Shown here: positions 50,569 to 60,985 of the stretch, in pieces
Layout of the letters: each line of letters begins with the position of its first letter
Numbering within the stretch: the first letter of the stretch is position 1
DNA from: Chthonomonadales bacterium
Lineage (GTDB): Bacteria; Armatimonadota; Chthonomonadetes; Chthonomonadales; CAJBBX01
Length of the DNA stretch: 64,000 bases
Assembly (NCBI GenBank): GCA_037443035.1
Contig: JBBIPC010000002.1
Span: 229,620-293,619 of the forward strand
Direction of reading: 5' to 3'
Program-made: the position numbers and the translations under genes
The notes under the pieces: model-generated
Seen by the model: only the letters and a program-made list of their open reading frames with translations
Databases searched by the model: none
Told to the model about the DNA's origin: nothing

Positions 50569-53088
50569 TCACTTGGCATGTGCTCTCCGTGATCTCAGTG
50601 CTACGGTGCGAATCTGATACGGCCCGAAGTCGAGCAACACGGCACCATCCTTGGTCTTCAACTCTCGCATGGGATCGTGCAGGAGATTCAGCTCCCACGC
50701 CTCCCTGATGGATGCTCTCGGGAGGATGGCGGCTCGGATGCACTGTTGGCCAGTCGCTTCGTATAGCCGCATCACTACATCGTCTTTGTTGGCTTGGAGA
50801 GACGTCATGATGAGCTGGGAATCCAGCGGCTCCATCCAGCCGTAGACCGCCGGAAGAATGCCTTCGTGCTGCGCTTCCTTCTGTATCAGAAGCGGACGCT
50901 GGAATTCCTGTCCTCGTCGGTGAATCTGCGCTGTGCGCCAGTCTCCTCGGTGCGGCACCAGGGCGTATTCGAGGGTCAGGGCCTTGTCCAGTTCGAAGCC
51001 TGTGTCCGATGTCATGCCGGGTTCGTAGCCGCCACCGAACCCATAGGCCACGATGCGTGTTGCGCGAGCGAGCGACAGCATGAGCATGCCATCTGCTACA
51101 TTGTTCCCCGGAATGCCACGGTTCAGGAGCGCGAGGCCATGGTTTGGGCAGCCCCAGTCGCACCAGTTCTGGGCGGGAAACTCGATACCGTCCGGTCGCT
51201 CGATAGCGCCGAAGGGAATCTCATCGTAGCGGACACCAGATCGCATGGATGTGGGGAATAGGACGCGGTATCGAACGAACTTCTTACGATTCACCAATGT
51301 GGTGCGGATATCCACGCGGTCCATTCCGTCAACGACGCGCACTGTCGTTGCGAACGTACCCTCTCCGATGTTCCCGCGAATGCAGACCTCGGTGTAGACA
51401 GCGCCGCGTTGGATGGTCATGCTCTCCGGACGCGCATCCGTGCTTAGCACAGCGGACAGTGCGACGGGATGCCGGTCGTGCATGGCTATCCTGCTACCTC
51501 CATCCAACGGCCGGTACGGTTCCCAGAAGTCGCCTTCATCCCGCTCTTGCGCGATGACATTCCCCGGACCGCCCAACAGCTCCGTGCCCTCGGGCAACAG
51601 TGCAAGTCCTGTCATGGCTCCTTTCGGATCGAAGGTGGCCCGCAGACGATCTGTCAACACTGCAACTGGAGCATCCACGTCCTCCACATCGGGTACGCAC
51701 AGCTCCTCGGTGCACGGAACCGCGTGGTACACGCTGTGTCCCATGGCCGGCACGTCTTGCGCCCGAAACGCCAGCTTGGCCGCAACGAGCTTGCCTTGGC
51801 GGTCTCTCCGGACTTCCAGTGCCTGAACTGGTACCGGCTTCCCGTCCGCGTCGAGAATCCGCACACCTCGCCAGTCTCCAGAAGGGAATCCCGCCTCCAG
51901 CCAGACCAGGTCGGTTCGATTCCAGGGAAGAGTGTTCACCACCACAACGGGAACGCCCATCCCGCGAGTGTCCACCAGCTTCCCGTAGGCATCCAGCCGT
52001 CGGTTCATCGCTTCTCCAGCGATCCGCTCGGAGTGCTCGTAGCTCGCCACAGTGTCGGCATACACGTGATCGGTCATGACACCCGACATGAGATCGTGGG
52101 CCTGATTGAAGAGCATAGGTTCCCACGCTGACCACAGCGGATCAGTGTGCCCCTCGACACCCAGCCCCGTCAGTAGCGCACCGAGCCTCTCGGCGTCCGT
52201 CAAGAGCGTCTCGATCCGCCTCGTGAACTGCTTTAGCTCGATTCGGCTACTGTAAGCGCCTTGGAAGATGGGGTTCAGCTCACCCCGCACGACAGGCCAG
52301 TTCGCGGAGGGCTGCACGACCGCCTCGTACTCGTCGGGCAGAGCGATTCTCACGGCCACCGAGTCGCTTGCTGGCTTCTCCGGTGCGAGGGTCTCTACCA
52401 GGGGTGGTACATGCTCCTCGGGTTCGCTGACGTCTGCTCCAGCAGGACCAGCTCGCACCGGCGAATCCGTGAAGGGTTCCAAGGAATCGAAGCGCTCGCG
52501 CATGAATGCTGCGAACGCTTCCCTATCAGCGGGGGAACCGTAGGCGATGGCGTACCCGTGAGGGAGCCAGTACGCCGGGATGCGCGTGCCATCTATGCCT
52601 TCCCAGAAGAACTCCGCGGACGTCTCCCAGGACGGCACGCCGCGAAAGAACCAGAACGATTGGTAGCCGGCCAGGCGAAGCAGTTGCGGAGTCTGGGCAT
52701 GATGGCCGAACGTATCGAGCTGCCACGCAATGGCAACGTCTACGCCCAGCTCCCGCCGAAAGAACTCCTTACCATACTGGATCTGGTGCACCAGGGACTC
52801 CGGCCCCGGCATATTGCCATCGTGCATGACGTGGGTGCCACCGACGATGGTCAGCCGTCCATCCTGCACGTGTCTCCGGAACACCTCGGCGGCCTCAGGA
52901 AACCTCCTCAGGAACGGCTCCACGTAACAGGACTGATCCAGCACGAATCTGTAATGCGGGTATTCCTCCAACAGCCTGAGAGCGCGCAGGATGTTCGACA
53001 ACCCCATGGAGAGGTACTCTTCACGTGTCTTGAAGACTGCACCCTCCCAATGCGTGTGGGCGATGTACAGGAACTGTCGCTCGCGCAT
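50569..53088 (-). CDS. GH38 alpha-mannosidase-like glycoside hydrolase
   Basis: 'IAHTHWE', 'WQLDTFGH', 'FFWEGIDGT', 'FNQAHD.MSG', 'VMRLYE', 'FGPYQIRT'. Confidence 0.9.
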   Translation of the reverse strand: MRERQFLYIAHTHWEGAVFKTREEYLSMGLSNILRALRLLEEYPHYRFVLDQSCYVEPFLRRFPEAAEVFRRHVQDGRLTIVGGTHVMHDGNMPGPESLVHQIQYGKEFFRRELGVDVAIAWQLDTFGHHAQTPQLLRLAGYQSFWFFRGVPSWETSAEFFWEGIDGTRIPAYWLPHGYAIAYGSPADREAFAAFMRERFDSLEPFTDSPVRAGPAGADVSEPEEHVPPLVETLAPEKPASDSVAVRIALPDEYEAVVQPSANWPVVRGELNPIFQGAYSSRIELKQFTRRIETLLTDAERLGALLTGLGVEGHTDPLWSAWEPMLFNQAHDLMSGVMTDHVYADTVASYEHSERIAGEAMNRRLDAYGKLVDTRGMGVPVVVVNTLPWNRTDLVWLEAGFPSGDWRGVRILDADGKPVPVQALEVRRDRQGKLVAAKLAFRAQDVPAMGHSVYHAVPCTEELCVPDVEDVDAPVAVLTDRLRATFDPKGAMTGLALLPEGTELLGGPGNVIAQERDEGDFWEPYRPLDGGSRIAMHDRHPVALSAVLSTDARPESMTIQRGAVYTEVCIRGNIGEGTFATTVRVVDGMDRVDIRTTLVNRKKFVRYRVLFPTSMRSGVRYDEIPFGAIERPDGIEFPAQNWCDWGCPNHGLALLNRGIPGNNVADGMLMLSLARATRIVAYGFGGGYEPGMTSDTGFELDKALTLEYALVPHRGDWRTAQIHRRGQEFQRPLLIQKEAQHEGILPAVYGWMEPLDSQLIMTSLQANKDDVVMRLYEATGQQCIRAAILPRASIREAWELNLLHDPMRELKTKDGAVLLDFGPYQIRTVALRSRRAHAK

Positions 53089-53118
53089 GATCTCGCAGCC
53101 CTCTCCAGCGGTTCTGCC

Positions 53119-54045
53119 TCAGGCACCTGGCAACGCGATTGCCTCTTGCCACAGAGCCTGAAGCCGCTGCGTTATGGGGCCTGGCACTCCGGTGCCAACG
53201 GGGTGCCCGTCGATCGCAACAACCGGCGCTATCTCGTAGCTCGTCGCCGTAAGAAACGCTTCATCTAGCGACAGCAGCTCGATCTCTGCAACAGCCTCCT
53301 CCCTGCACTCGATGCCAGCCTTACGGCACATGTCAAGAACAACCGCTCGGGTAATCCCCGCGAGGATATGGTTCGTCGCTGGGTGTGTGTACACGACACC
53401 GCCTCGTACACCGAAGAAGTTCGTATGGCTGCCCTCCGTCGCCATCCCATCCCGCAAGAACAGGCACTCGTCGCAACCTCGGTCGCGAGCATGTTGCAGG
53501 GCCAGGACGTTGGCTTGTAGAGCCACGCTCTTGATGTCGCAGCGGCTCCACCGGAAATCGCTAACAGTCTTCAAGGATACGCCGCGCTGCTGTTCCGTCT
53601 CGTACTTGGGCGCCGGTGCCGCAGCCATGTAGATGGTCGGTTGCACAGATGGTCGAGGAAAGGCGTGTGCGCGTGGCGCAATACCTCGCGTCAGCTGCAC
53701 GTAGACCAGTGCATCCCCGTGCCTCAGGCCGTTCTGACCCAGCAGCAGATGCAGGTCAGCTTCCGCCAGAAGAGGCTCTGGCGCCTCGATGCGAACCTTC
53801 GCGAGACTGCTTCGGAGTCGTCGGAGATGGGCTTCAACCATGAACAGCCGCCCGCTGTATGCCCGGATCACTTCGTAAATTCCGTCGCCAAAGACGAAGC
53901 CGCGATCGTCCGGAGAAATGGCAGCATCGTAGCGGCGAAGCCATGCACCCTCGGGGTGACGCACATCTCGTAGGTAGACAACGTCTGCTTCCCCACCTAC
54001 GCGTTCAGCACTCAATGGAACGGCCCTGCACCCGTAATGCTTCAC
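53119..54045 (-). CDS. dat: D-amino-acid transaminase (PLP class IV)
   Basis: 'DRGFVFGDGIYEV', 'VYVQLTRG.APR.HAFP', 'RWSRCDIKS', 'EGSHTN', 'ILAGITR'. True start may lie somewhat downstream. Confidence 0.85.
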   Translation of the reverse strand: MKHYGCRAVPLSAERVGGEADVVYLRDVRHPEGAWLRRYDAAISPDDRGFVFGDGIYEVIRAYSGRLFMVEAHLRRLRSSLAKVRIEAPEPLLAEADLHLLLGQNGLRHGDALVYVQLTRGIAPRAHAFPRPSVQPTIYMAAAPAPKYETEQQRGVSLKTVSDFRWSRCDIKSVALQANVLALQHARDRGCDECLFLRDGMATEGSHTNFFGVRGGVVYTHPATNHILAGITRAVVLDMCRKAGIECREEAVAEIELLSLDEAFLTATSYEIAPVVAIDGHPVGTGVPGPITQRLQALWQEAIALPGA

Positions 54046-55922
54046 TTGCCCAGGTCCTGCCCAGGCAAGAGTGCTTCAGATTCGGTATGGGAGAGAACGG
54101 CATACGGAGACGCTGTACCTCTGCGATGTGCACCGATGGTGAACCGGAACGTCGCTCCCTGGCCCGGTTTCCCCTCTGCTGTAACGGTCCCGCCGTGTAG
54201 TTCCACGATTCTGCGGACGGTTGCCAGGCCGGAACCAATGGAGTCGCTTCGGTAATCGTACCGCCGGAACAGGTCGAAGAGAGTGTGAGCGTACTGCTGT
54301 TCGAATCCGACGCCGTTATCCTGCACGAAGTAGGCGCCATTCGCGTAACCAACGTGGATCTCGGCTGCATGCCTGGCCGAAGTCGCTCGAAGAGCGTTCG
54401 CAAGAAGCTCCCGGTAGAGCAAGCGTATGAGGTGCTCGTCGGCAAGCATCGCGGGCATGTTCTGCTGAATCTCGATATGGCACGGATGGTGGTAACGCGG
54501 GCGCAACTCAGCGACGACTGCCTCGACGACCCTCGCTGGTTGCACTAGTACCAAGTTGGGCTTACTGCGGGATAGACGACCAACGGCGAGCAGAGCGTCA
54601 AGGAGTTCGCCCAGGCGTACCACTGCCTTTTCTATGCGCTCTAGGTCCCTGCGAACCGGCGGCGTAAGTTCGTGCCCGTGTTCCTCCAGGATCGCCTGGG
54701 TGAATCCCTCGATCGCGCGAATGGGCGAGCGCAAGTCATGGCCTACCGAGTGAACAAGCGCAGAGACCTCGCCGCTCAGCGCCTGCGCTTCCTCGGTACG
54801 CCGCCTCACCTCTTGTTCCAGCTGATTGCTGTACCTTCTCAGCTCCGTCTGGAGCCGTGCATTGACGATGGCCACTGCGGCCAGCCTGGCAAATGCCTGC
54901 AGGATGCCAATGTCGTTTTCCGTGATGGGACGATCGGACAGGAGGTTGTCGCCATTCAGGATGCCCACGATTTCATCGCCCGCCCGGAGAGGAATCGCGC
55001 AGTGGTAACGAACTCCGTACATGCGGTTGTCGGGGTCGAAGCCCATGCTCGCCGTAAGGTCCGGCGTCACAACGTACGGAAGCTCGCCGGACAGGACACG
55101 GTAACTCGGGGCATCCGGCTCCGCCATGGGATCGAGGACGCGTTCATGCAGATCCTCCAGCTCGCCGTCGCGCGTCGTGCCCCAGGATCCCACCAGATGA
55201 CCGGTCGTAGGATCCATCAGGAAGACCGCCGCGCGATCCACGACGCCGACGTCTACGATCGCATCCCTCACCATACGAAGCAGGGTATCCAGGTCCGTTT
55301 CTGCTGCGATGGCCGCACCCAGATGGGTCAGGCTCCGGGTCATGCGTAGGCGGGATTGCTGGTCCTCGAGCTGCCGGGCCAGATAGACAGTTCCCGCGAA
55401 CAGTCCTGCAGCAAGGCTAAGGCGCTCGAGTTGTTCGGACGCAACACTGGAACCGGGGTGAGCAGTCACGCCGACGAACCCCACCAGCAGGTCGCCAGCC
55501 ACGAGGGGGGCTAGTGCATGCGGACCAGCAACACCCTCCTTGCACCACAGCTCGCAGACTGGGTTCACCATTGGGACGGCCTGTCGCCCTTCGAACGCAG
55601 TTGCGCAAGCCGTAGAACGACATCGAGCAGCAGGCCTACGCAAGCATCTCCTTATGGAGCGCCCGCCTTCACGCAGAGTCCGGTAGAGATAGAGCTCGTC
55701 TCTGTCCTGATCGTAGAGGACGACGTCTCCCGACGCGAATCCTGCGAGATCCGCGATTGCCTGGCCGATCACCTCCAGCTTTGCCTCTAGCGGTAACGCA
55801 CGTGTGACGGCAGCGCTCACGGCGGCCGCGCGGCGAACAATCTCCTCGACGGAAAGCGAGTGAGCGTCGAGCGTGTCTGCGGACGGCACGGCGCTGGATC
55901 CTGTTTTCTCGTTCATTGCCAT
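54042..55922 (-). CDS. Cytoplasmic two-GAF sensor histidine kinase
   Basis: Two GAF-like regions, H-box 'HDLRSPIR', N-box 'ELLANAL', G1 'DNGVGF', G2 'GSGLATVRR'; no TM segment. Start approximate. Confidence 0.88.
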   Translation of the reverse strand: MAMNEKTGSSAVPSADTLDAHSLSVEEIVRRAAAVSAAVTRALPLEAKLEVIGQAIADLAGFASGDVVLYDQDRDELYLYRTLREGGRSIRRCLRRPAARCRSTACATAFEGRQAVPMVNPVCELWCKEGVAGPHALAPLVAGDLLVGFVGVTAHPGSSVASEQLERLSLAAGLFAGTVYLARQLEDQQSRLRMTRSLTHLGAAIAAETDLDTLLRMVRDAIVDVGVVDRAAVFLMDPTTGHLVGSWGTTRDGELEDLHERVLDPMAEPDAPSYRVLSGELPYVVTPDLTASMGFDPDNRMYGVRYHCAIPLRAGDEIVGILNGDNLLSDRPITENDIGILQAFARLAAVAIVNARLQTELRRYSNQLEQEVRRRTEEAQALSGEVSALVHSVGHDLRSPIRAIEGFTQAILEEHGHELTPPVRRDLERIEKAVVRLGELLDALLAVGRLSRSKPNLVLVQPARVVEAVVAELRPRYHHPCHIEIQQNMPAMLADEHLIRLLYRELLANALRATSARHAAEIHVGYANGAYFVQDNGVGFEQQYAHTLFDLFRRYDYRSDSIGSGLATVRRIVELHGGTVTAEGKPGQGATFRFTIGAHRRGTASPYAVLSHTESEALLPGQDLGK

Positions 55923-56040
55923 CCGATCTGGATTCTTGTCACTTCTGGATTCGCGGGAGCCTGATGATCCTCCTGCAATGCAATTGCTGCAGTACTCCGG
56001 CATGAAGAGAGTGTATCATGCACAAGAGGAGTTAGCATCG

Positions 56041-59000
56041 GTGGTGCATGCAGGAAAATGGTACGTATGGGCCGGCGTACTTCTGATTGCGGGGGGTCTT
56101 GTATGGACGATTCGCTCTTTGCGCGCGAGTCCCGATACGGCAGGGACAGACGTCTTACTGCTGGATCCCATGCAGGACACTCGGAAATGGGAGGCCATGG
56201 GCCCCAATGGTGAGCGCGCCCCATCTCTCACCCTGGACGTATTGGCAGAACACCCTCACGACAGTGAGGGCAAGTGTCTGCGACTACGCGCGGACTTCCA
56301 GAAGCTAACTGGTGAGTACGCTGCCATAGCAGGTTCGGTACGTGTGCCGGGCAGGGAGTGCCTATCTCTCGCGCTGTGGGTGAAGAGCGACGGTAGCGGT
56401 TGCCCCCTGAGCGTTGTCATCGAGGACAGTCGGCACCGATGGTACGAGAGGGTCTTGGGTCGCCTTTCGTGGACAGGCTGGCAGGAAATCACCGCACCCG
56501 TTGGCCAAGGCGAAGGGTGGACACCGTTGCTGCGACAGGGCGAAGAAGCGGAGCCCATCTGCCATCCCATCGCCGTGCGGCAGATTCGCCTCTACCGTCC
56601 AAGCGGCACCGGCCCTGTGGGTCTAGTGACCGCTTGCCTCGCCGAGCTCCGGGGTGTTCTTGCCGCCACCGGCGTCGGTGCACTAACGGCCCAAGTGACG
56701 ACGGGACTTCCTGGTAATACCCTCTGGGGAGACCAGGCCCTGCACCTACGGATACGCCTGACGAACGCCAGCTCCAGAGTCGTCAACGGCTCCGGGCAAC
56801 TGCGCCTCACGTCCCTCCTAGGTTCTGGAACGACGGTGCCACTCCCCAGTGTCTCTGTGCCGCCACGGGGCCATGTGGACCTCGAGGCAGCACCGCGCCT
56901 GCCGCTCTACGGGTCTTACGACGTCCAGTTCACATTCCGCACGCCCGGCAGCTCGCGGTATTGGCATACAATCATCACCCGTGTGCGTGCGACGCCGCTG
57001 CGTTCGGGAGGCCACGGGAATCCCTTCGGCTGCAGCGGCAACATTGGCGTGTTTCCAGCCACGCTCGCACAGCAAGCTCGGCGCTTGAACAGCGTGGCAG
57101 GAATCGCATGGACGAGACTGGGACTGTCGTGGGAACAGGTCAACCCCCTGCCCGGCGTCTGGGTCTGGGATGCACCGATTCTGATTCCCGGAAGTGCCGG
57201 AGCGGCTCTGCGAACGGGAGGTCGCGCCTACGTCAGCGACCGCCCGCTACCACGTGAGTTGGCAGACGAGATCACCATCGCCTTCTGGGCGCGGACCAAT
57301 CGGCCGGGTGTGAGGACCGTGTGGCCGGTCGTGTGTGAAACGCGTGAGACAGGCCGCATGTGCGGAACTTACCTACAGTGCTCGACAGGAAGCTTCGGTT
57401 TCTCGGCCGTCTACGAGCGCATGCCAGGAGTGATCCAAGCGTTCGATGCGGGCGAGAGTGTATGGGACGGTCAGTGGCATCACTACGCCGCGACCTACTC
57501 GCGTTTCATCAAGCAGGTGTGCCTGTACGTGGATGGGATTGCGAGAACCACTGCCGTGCATGACGGAGGCGCCATCCGGCTTCCGTCCACGCCGCCGCGC
57601 CTTGGCAGTGGCGGCTCGCTGGACCTGGATGACGTGCTTCTCTATCGGCGAGCCCTCGGTCCGGCCGACATTGCCTCGCTCGCACGCAGGAACACTCCAC
57701 CACGCGACGGATTGGTGACGGCGTGGGACTTCGACTCCCGGTCAGCCCCTATGCGAAGCGCCACAGATGGCGCAGTATTGGCAGTCCGCGAACCCGATGG
57801 CATTCGCTGGGCGACGGAGGCACGATCCCGCGGCCAACGGGTGCTCGGCATCTTGGGCTTCCCACCAGATTGGGCTGTCCACTCCGCAGAAGGTGGTGTG
57901 ATCCCAGATCCGGCTGCCTGGTCAGCCTATGTCGAGCATGTCGCGAGGCAGTACAGACCGCTCATCAGCGATTGGGAGATCTGGCATGAGCCTAACAACG
58001 AAGCCTTCTGGCCAGAACCGAACCCGGGGAAATACCTGACTGCATTGCAGGCAGCGTACCGTGCGGCTAAGAGGGGCAATCCGCAATGTAACGTTGTCAT
58101 GCCCGGTCTCGCCGGTCCGGATGAGAACGGGAGTGGTATGGAGTATCTGGCGCGACTTCTTGCCCTCGGCGCCTCCCGCTATTGCGACGCGATCTCTGTG
58201 CATCCAACGCGCAACGCCATACCAGAGCGAAGCGGATTCGTGCGCCAGCTTCAGCGGATTGCCGCCCTCGCGGCAGCGAACGGACGGCGCCGACCGATCT
58301 GGATCACGGAGATGACCTGGTCCACAGAGCCGGTCTCTGGCGTCTCTGAGCGGAAACAGGCAGCGCTTCTGGCACGCACCTGGATTCTTGCCTTGGGCAC
58401 CGGTGTGGTGGACAGGCTGTTCTGGTTCCGTTTCCATGACTCGGGCCCTGACGGCTTGGTGCCTGAGGAGAACTCGGGTCTTTGTCGGCACGACCTCAGC
58501 CCGAAGCCGTCCTTCCTCGCTCATCGTACTCTCGCCGTTCTGCTCCGCGACTCCAAGCCACTCGCCGCTATCAAACTGTCGTCGGACGTATATGTCTGTT
58601 CATTCCGCTCTGGCTCAGAACGTCTGGCCGCGGTATGGTCCATTTCCACCCCCAAGGCTCTTGCCCTAGCCACAGGCCGGCCAGAGATACAGGTCACGGA
58701 TCTCATGGGAAACTCGTCCCTACGCAAGACCGATGAAGGGATCCTCCTTCTCGAAGCCGACGATCTACCCGTGTTCGTTCGGTACTTACGCCCCTCCGCC
58801 CGCTGGCTGGAGCCCCCACTCACGCTTCCCGACAAGGAAGCAACCCGCGGCGGTACAGTCAAGGCCACGCTTCGGCTTCGCAATCCGTTTCGATCCACCC
58901 GACGAGTAAGACTGACTATCTCGGCAGACCAACCGCTACTCAGAATCCGTCCATCTGCCGCCGAAGTGGCGCTTCCACCCGAGGGGACGTCCCTGCTGCA

Positions 59001-59145
59001 TCTAGAGCTAGGCGCGTTGGCCAGCGCGCCCATCGGCTCAACGACCCTGCGCGTGCACGCAACCTACGAGCGTATGGGCACACCCTTGCGAGACGCCACT
59101 GCCGCTTCGAAGGTCGCGACTTCGTCTCGGATTTCTATCCGTTAG
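56041..59145 (+). CDS. Membrane-anchored clan GH-A (GH39/GH5-like) glycoside hydrolase with CBM-like N-terminus and inserted LamG domain
   Basis: TM 'WYVWAGVLLIAGGLVW'; CBM-like 'LWVKSDGSG..WTGWQ'; 'AWTR..SWEQV.P..G.W.WD'; LamG 'DGQWHHYAATY..LYVDG..LDDVLLYRRAL'; 'WEIWHEPN', 'IWITEM'. AGAGGAG RBS before GTG 56041. Confidence 0.75.
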   Translation: MVHAGKWYVWAGVLLIAGGLVWTIRSLRASPDTAGTDVLLLDPMQDTRKWEAMGPNGERAPSLTLDVLAEHPHDSEGKCLRLRADFQKLTGEYAAIAGSVRVPGRECLSLALWVKSDGSGCPLSVVIEDSRHRWYERVLGRLSWTGWQEITAPVGQGEGWTPLLRQGEEAEPICHPIAVRQIRLYRPSGTGPVGLVTACLAELRGVLAATGVGALTAQVTTGLPGNTLWGDQALHLRIRLTNASSRVVNGSGQLRLTSLLGSGTTVPLPSVSVPPRGHVDLEAAPRLPLYGSYDVQFTFRTPGSSRYWHTIITRVRATPLRSGGHGNPFGCSGNIGVFPATLAQQARRLNSVAGIAWTRLGLSWEQVNPLPGVWVWDAPILIPGSAGAALRTGGRAYVSDRPLPRELADEITIAFWARTNRPGVRTVWPVVCETRETGRMCGTYLQCSTGSFGFSAVYERMPGVIQAFDAGESVWDGQWHHYAATYSRFIKQVCLYVDGIARTTAVHDGGAIRLPSTPPRLGSGGSLDLDDVLLYRRALGPADIASLARRNTPPRDGLVTAWDFDSRSAPMRSATDGAVLAVREPDGIRWATEARSRGQRVLGILGFPPDWAVHSAEGGVIPDPAAWSAYVEHVARQYRPLISDWEIWHEPNNEAFWPEPNPGKYLTALQAAYRAAKRGNPQCNVVMPGLAGPDENGSGMEYLARLLALGASRYCDAISVHPTRNAIPERSGFVRQLQRIAALAAANGRRRPIWITEMTWSTEPVSGVSERKQAALLARTWILALGTGVVDRLFWFRFHDSGPDGLVPEENSGLCRHDLSPKPSFLAHRTLAVLLRDSKPLAAIKLSSDVYVCSFRSGSERLAAVWSISTPKALALATGRPEIQVTDLMGNSSLRKTDEGILLLEADDLPVFVRYLRPSARWLEPPLTLPDKEATRGGTVKATLRLRNPFRSTRRVRLTISADQPLLRIRPSAAEVALPPEGTSLLHLELGALASAPIGSTTLRVHATYERMGTPLRDATAASKVATSSRISIR

Positions 59146-59196
59146 CCCGGGCGATGCAGGCTCGGGCAGCCTCCACCATTGGGACCAACCTTGGCG

Positions 59197-60516
59197 TCAG
59201 CGCCGTGCCGATTTCCGCCGCAGCCAGACGTCCTGAACCAGGTGCGCGGCACCTCCGAGAAGATGTCGCAGATACAAGGGCCAGACAGGGTCGTGATCCT
59301 GCCTTCGGTATCGCCAACGCAGGTACTCAGGACGCGGGATAGCCATCCTCAGAAGATACCGTACCCGCGCCAGCCAACCTGGAAGTAGTCTGATCATTGC
59401 CAAGCGGTGCACCAAGCCTTCGGTCAGTCGCCGCCTGCCATGGAGCCGTGCCATGATGTGCACGAGGTCATCAGCCGAGAATGGTGGCGGCACGTTGTCC
59501 ACCGCTGGTATGCGAGCATCCACATGCGTGTTGACGAAGGCGGCGATTGCGGTCACCTCTTGACGAACGGACCACCTCTCTGCGGTCTCCCACATCCGCG
59601 CCCAACTACGTTGTCGCTCAATGGCACGGGCCAACAGCAATAGGTCCGCCACGTCCTTGAGGTATGGGATGCTGCGCTGGTAGTGGGTGTACAGGTGTAC
59701 TGCCGCATGGATGAACGCGAACTCCACTGGCAATGCCTCTGCTCTACCCCACTCACCCGACAGGGTGACAGCGTTGCGCCAGGTGTCGTCCACGGAGACG
59801 GTGCGGTTGCCGTAACCGTGCAGGAAAGCGCAGTGGAGCTCTAGAGGGAGGGAGTTGGCGCGAACTATGCGGAGCCCGCCAAGATAGGTCAGGTTGAGCC
59901 ACTCGTCTTCGGCGGAGAACGCTGTGCTCTCCTTACGGTAACCGACAGAGCAGAGCACGTCAAGTGCCTTGCCTACCTCGTGCCACTGCACGAGAATGTC
60001 CATGTCACTGATCCGGCGCAGCATGGGGCTGGCATAGAGGGTCAAGCTCGTCGCGATCCCCTTGAGCAGTAGGCAGCGCACTCCCGCCTCCGTTAGAGCA
60101 TCGAGACACTCGCGGAGCTGCTCGGTAGCTCGGGCCGCCCGGGAGACGGAGCCCAGGAACGCGCGATGCAGTTGGGGATACCGCCGAGAGGCGCCAGGAT
60201 CTCGTTCCTCCAACGCGGCATAGAGAGCTGGCCCCAGGCCATGGAGGGCTGCTAGCTTGACAGTCTCCTCTGCCCGCTGCGACTGCAAGATCTCGGTGCC
60301 CTCCACCGGCTGTCCATCGGCGAGCCATCGAATCACACCGAGTAGGAGGTCGGTGATCGGATCGTCGCTGCAGACACGAGCAGGTCCTGATTCTGCCGAG
60401 CCGATCGCATGGAATCCTTCGGGCTGGGACTCGACGCTGTGGCCGGCAGCGTCCCTGCCGTATTTGCACGCCCTCACGCCAGGAGTCTGCTCATCCTCGT
60501 CATGCGGGCTGTTCAT
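59197..60516 (-). CDS. Nucleotidyltransferase family protein (NTP_transf_5-like, RiPP/lasso-associated type)
   Basis: 'LLLKGIA..LY..P.LR...DMDILV', 'LELH', 'HAAVHL', 'DVADL'. Confidence 0.85.
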   Translation of the reverse strand: MNSPHDEDEQTPGVRACKYGRDAAGHSVESQPEGFHAIGSAESGPARVCSDDPITDLLLGVIRWLADGQPVEGTEILQSQRAEETVKLAALHGLGPALYAALEERDPGASRRYPQLHRAFLGSVSRAARATEQLRECLDALTEAGVRCLLLKGIATSLTLYASPMLRRISDMDILVQWHEVGKALDVLCSVGYRKESTAFSAEDEWLNLTYLGGLRIVRANSLPLELHCAFLHGYGNRTVSVDDTWRNAVTLSGEWGRAEALPVEFAFIHAAVHLYTHYQRSIPYLKDVADLLLLARAIERQRSWARMWETAERWSVRQEVTAIAAFVNTHVDARIPAVDNVPPPFSADDLVHIMARLHGRRRLTEGLVHRLAMIRLLPGWLARVRYLLRMAIPRPEYLRWRYRRQDHDPVWPLYLRHLLGGAAHLVQDVWLRRKSARR

Positions 60517-60985
60517 CGTGGCCAGCTCGAACGGCGCGCCTTGGGACTACGCGCGAGCGCACTGCCAACGCCAACCTCAGCGCCGGTAGCGCCACGAGAC
60601 GTCCGCGGACCCAAGCCAATCCTGAGTGCCGCGCCGTTGGCGTGTCCAGGCGTCGCCAGCGGCCGTTCCGACAGACTGCTCGGGCTCTGGCAAGGACCTG
60701 CGACAGAGGTATCCAGCCGTCCTCGGCGCCAAGGTCTCCCGCAAGATAGGCCTGGTGCGCTCTCACGCGGAGAATGCGGTGCAGGACGTATCGTTCCTTG
60801 TCGCGCTGTGCCAGAACGATGTCTCCGGGCCTTAGCTCCGTCGCGGGTACCTTCTCGAGTTCAACCACCTCGCCGTGACGCAGGAAGGGAAACATGCTGC
60901 CACCGGTTGCGGTGAACCGCACCCGGGCGCCGTTATCGAGAGCGACGCGGATTAGCGGTACGAGATCGCGACACGAAATATTCAC
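60500..60985 (-). CDS. S24/S26-family peptidase (signal-peptidase-like, Ser-His type)
   Basis: 'TGGSMFPFL', 'GDIVL', 'VLHRIL', 'AGD'; GTG start overlaps the upstream TGA. Confidence 0.82.
   Translation of the reverse strand: MNISCRDLVPLIRVALDNGARVRFTATGGSMFPFLRHGEVVELEKVPATELRPGDIVLAQRDKERYVLHRILRVRAHQAYLAGDLGAEDGWIPLSQVLARARAVCRNGRWRRLDTPTARHSGLAWVRGRLVALPALRLALAVRSRVVPRRAVRAGHDEQPA

Noticed and set aside
50528..51163. N-terminal 212-aa extension of the S9 peptidase; similar extensions at 4489, 6408, 20779, 34408 and 55873
   Set aside because: They overlap neighbouring genes, and downstream starts have RBS or stop-start coupling and match family N-termini.
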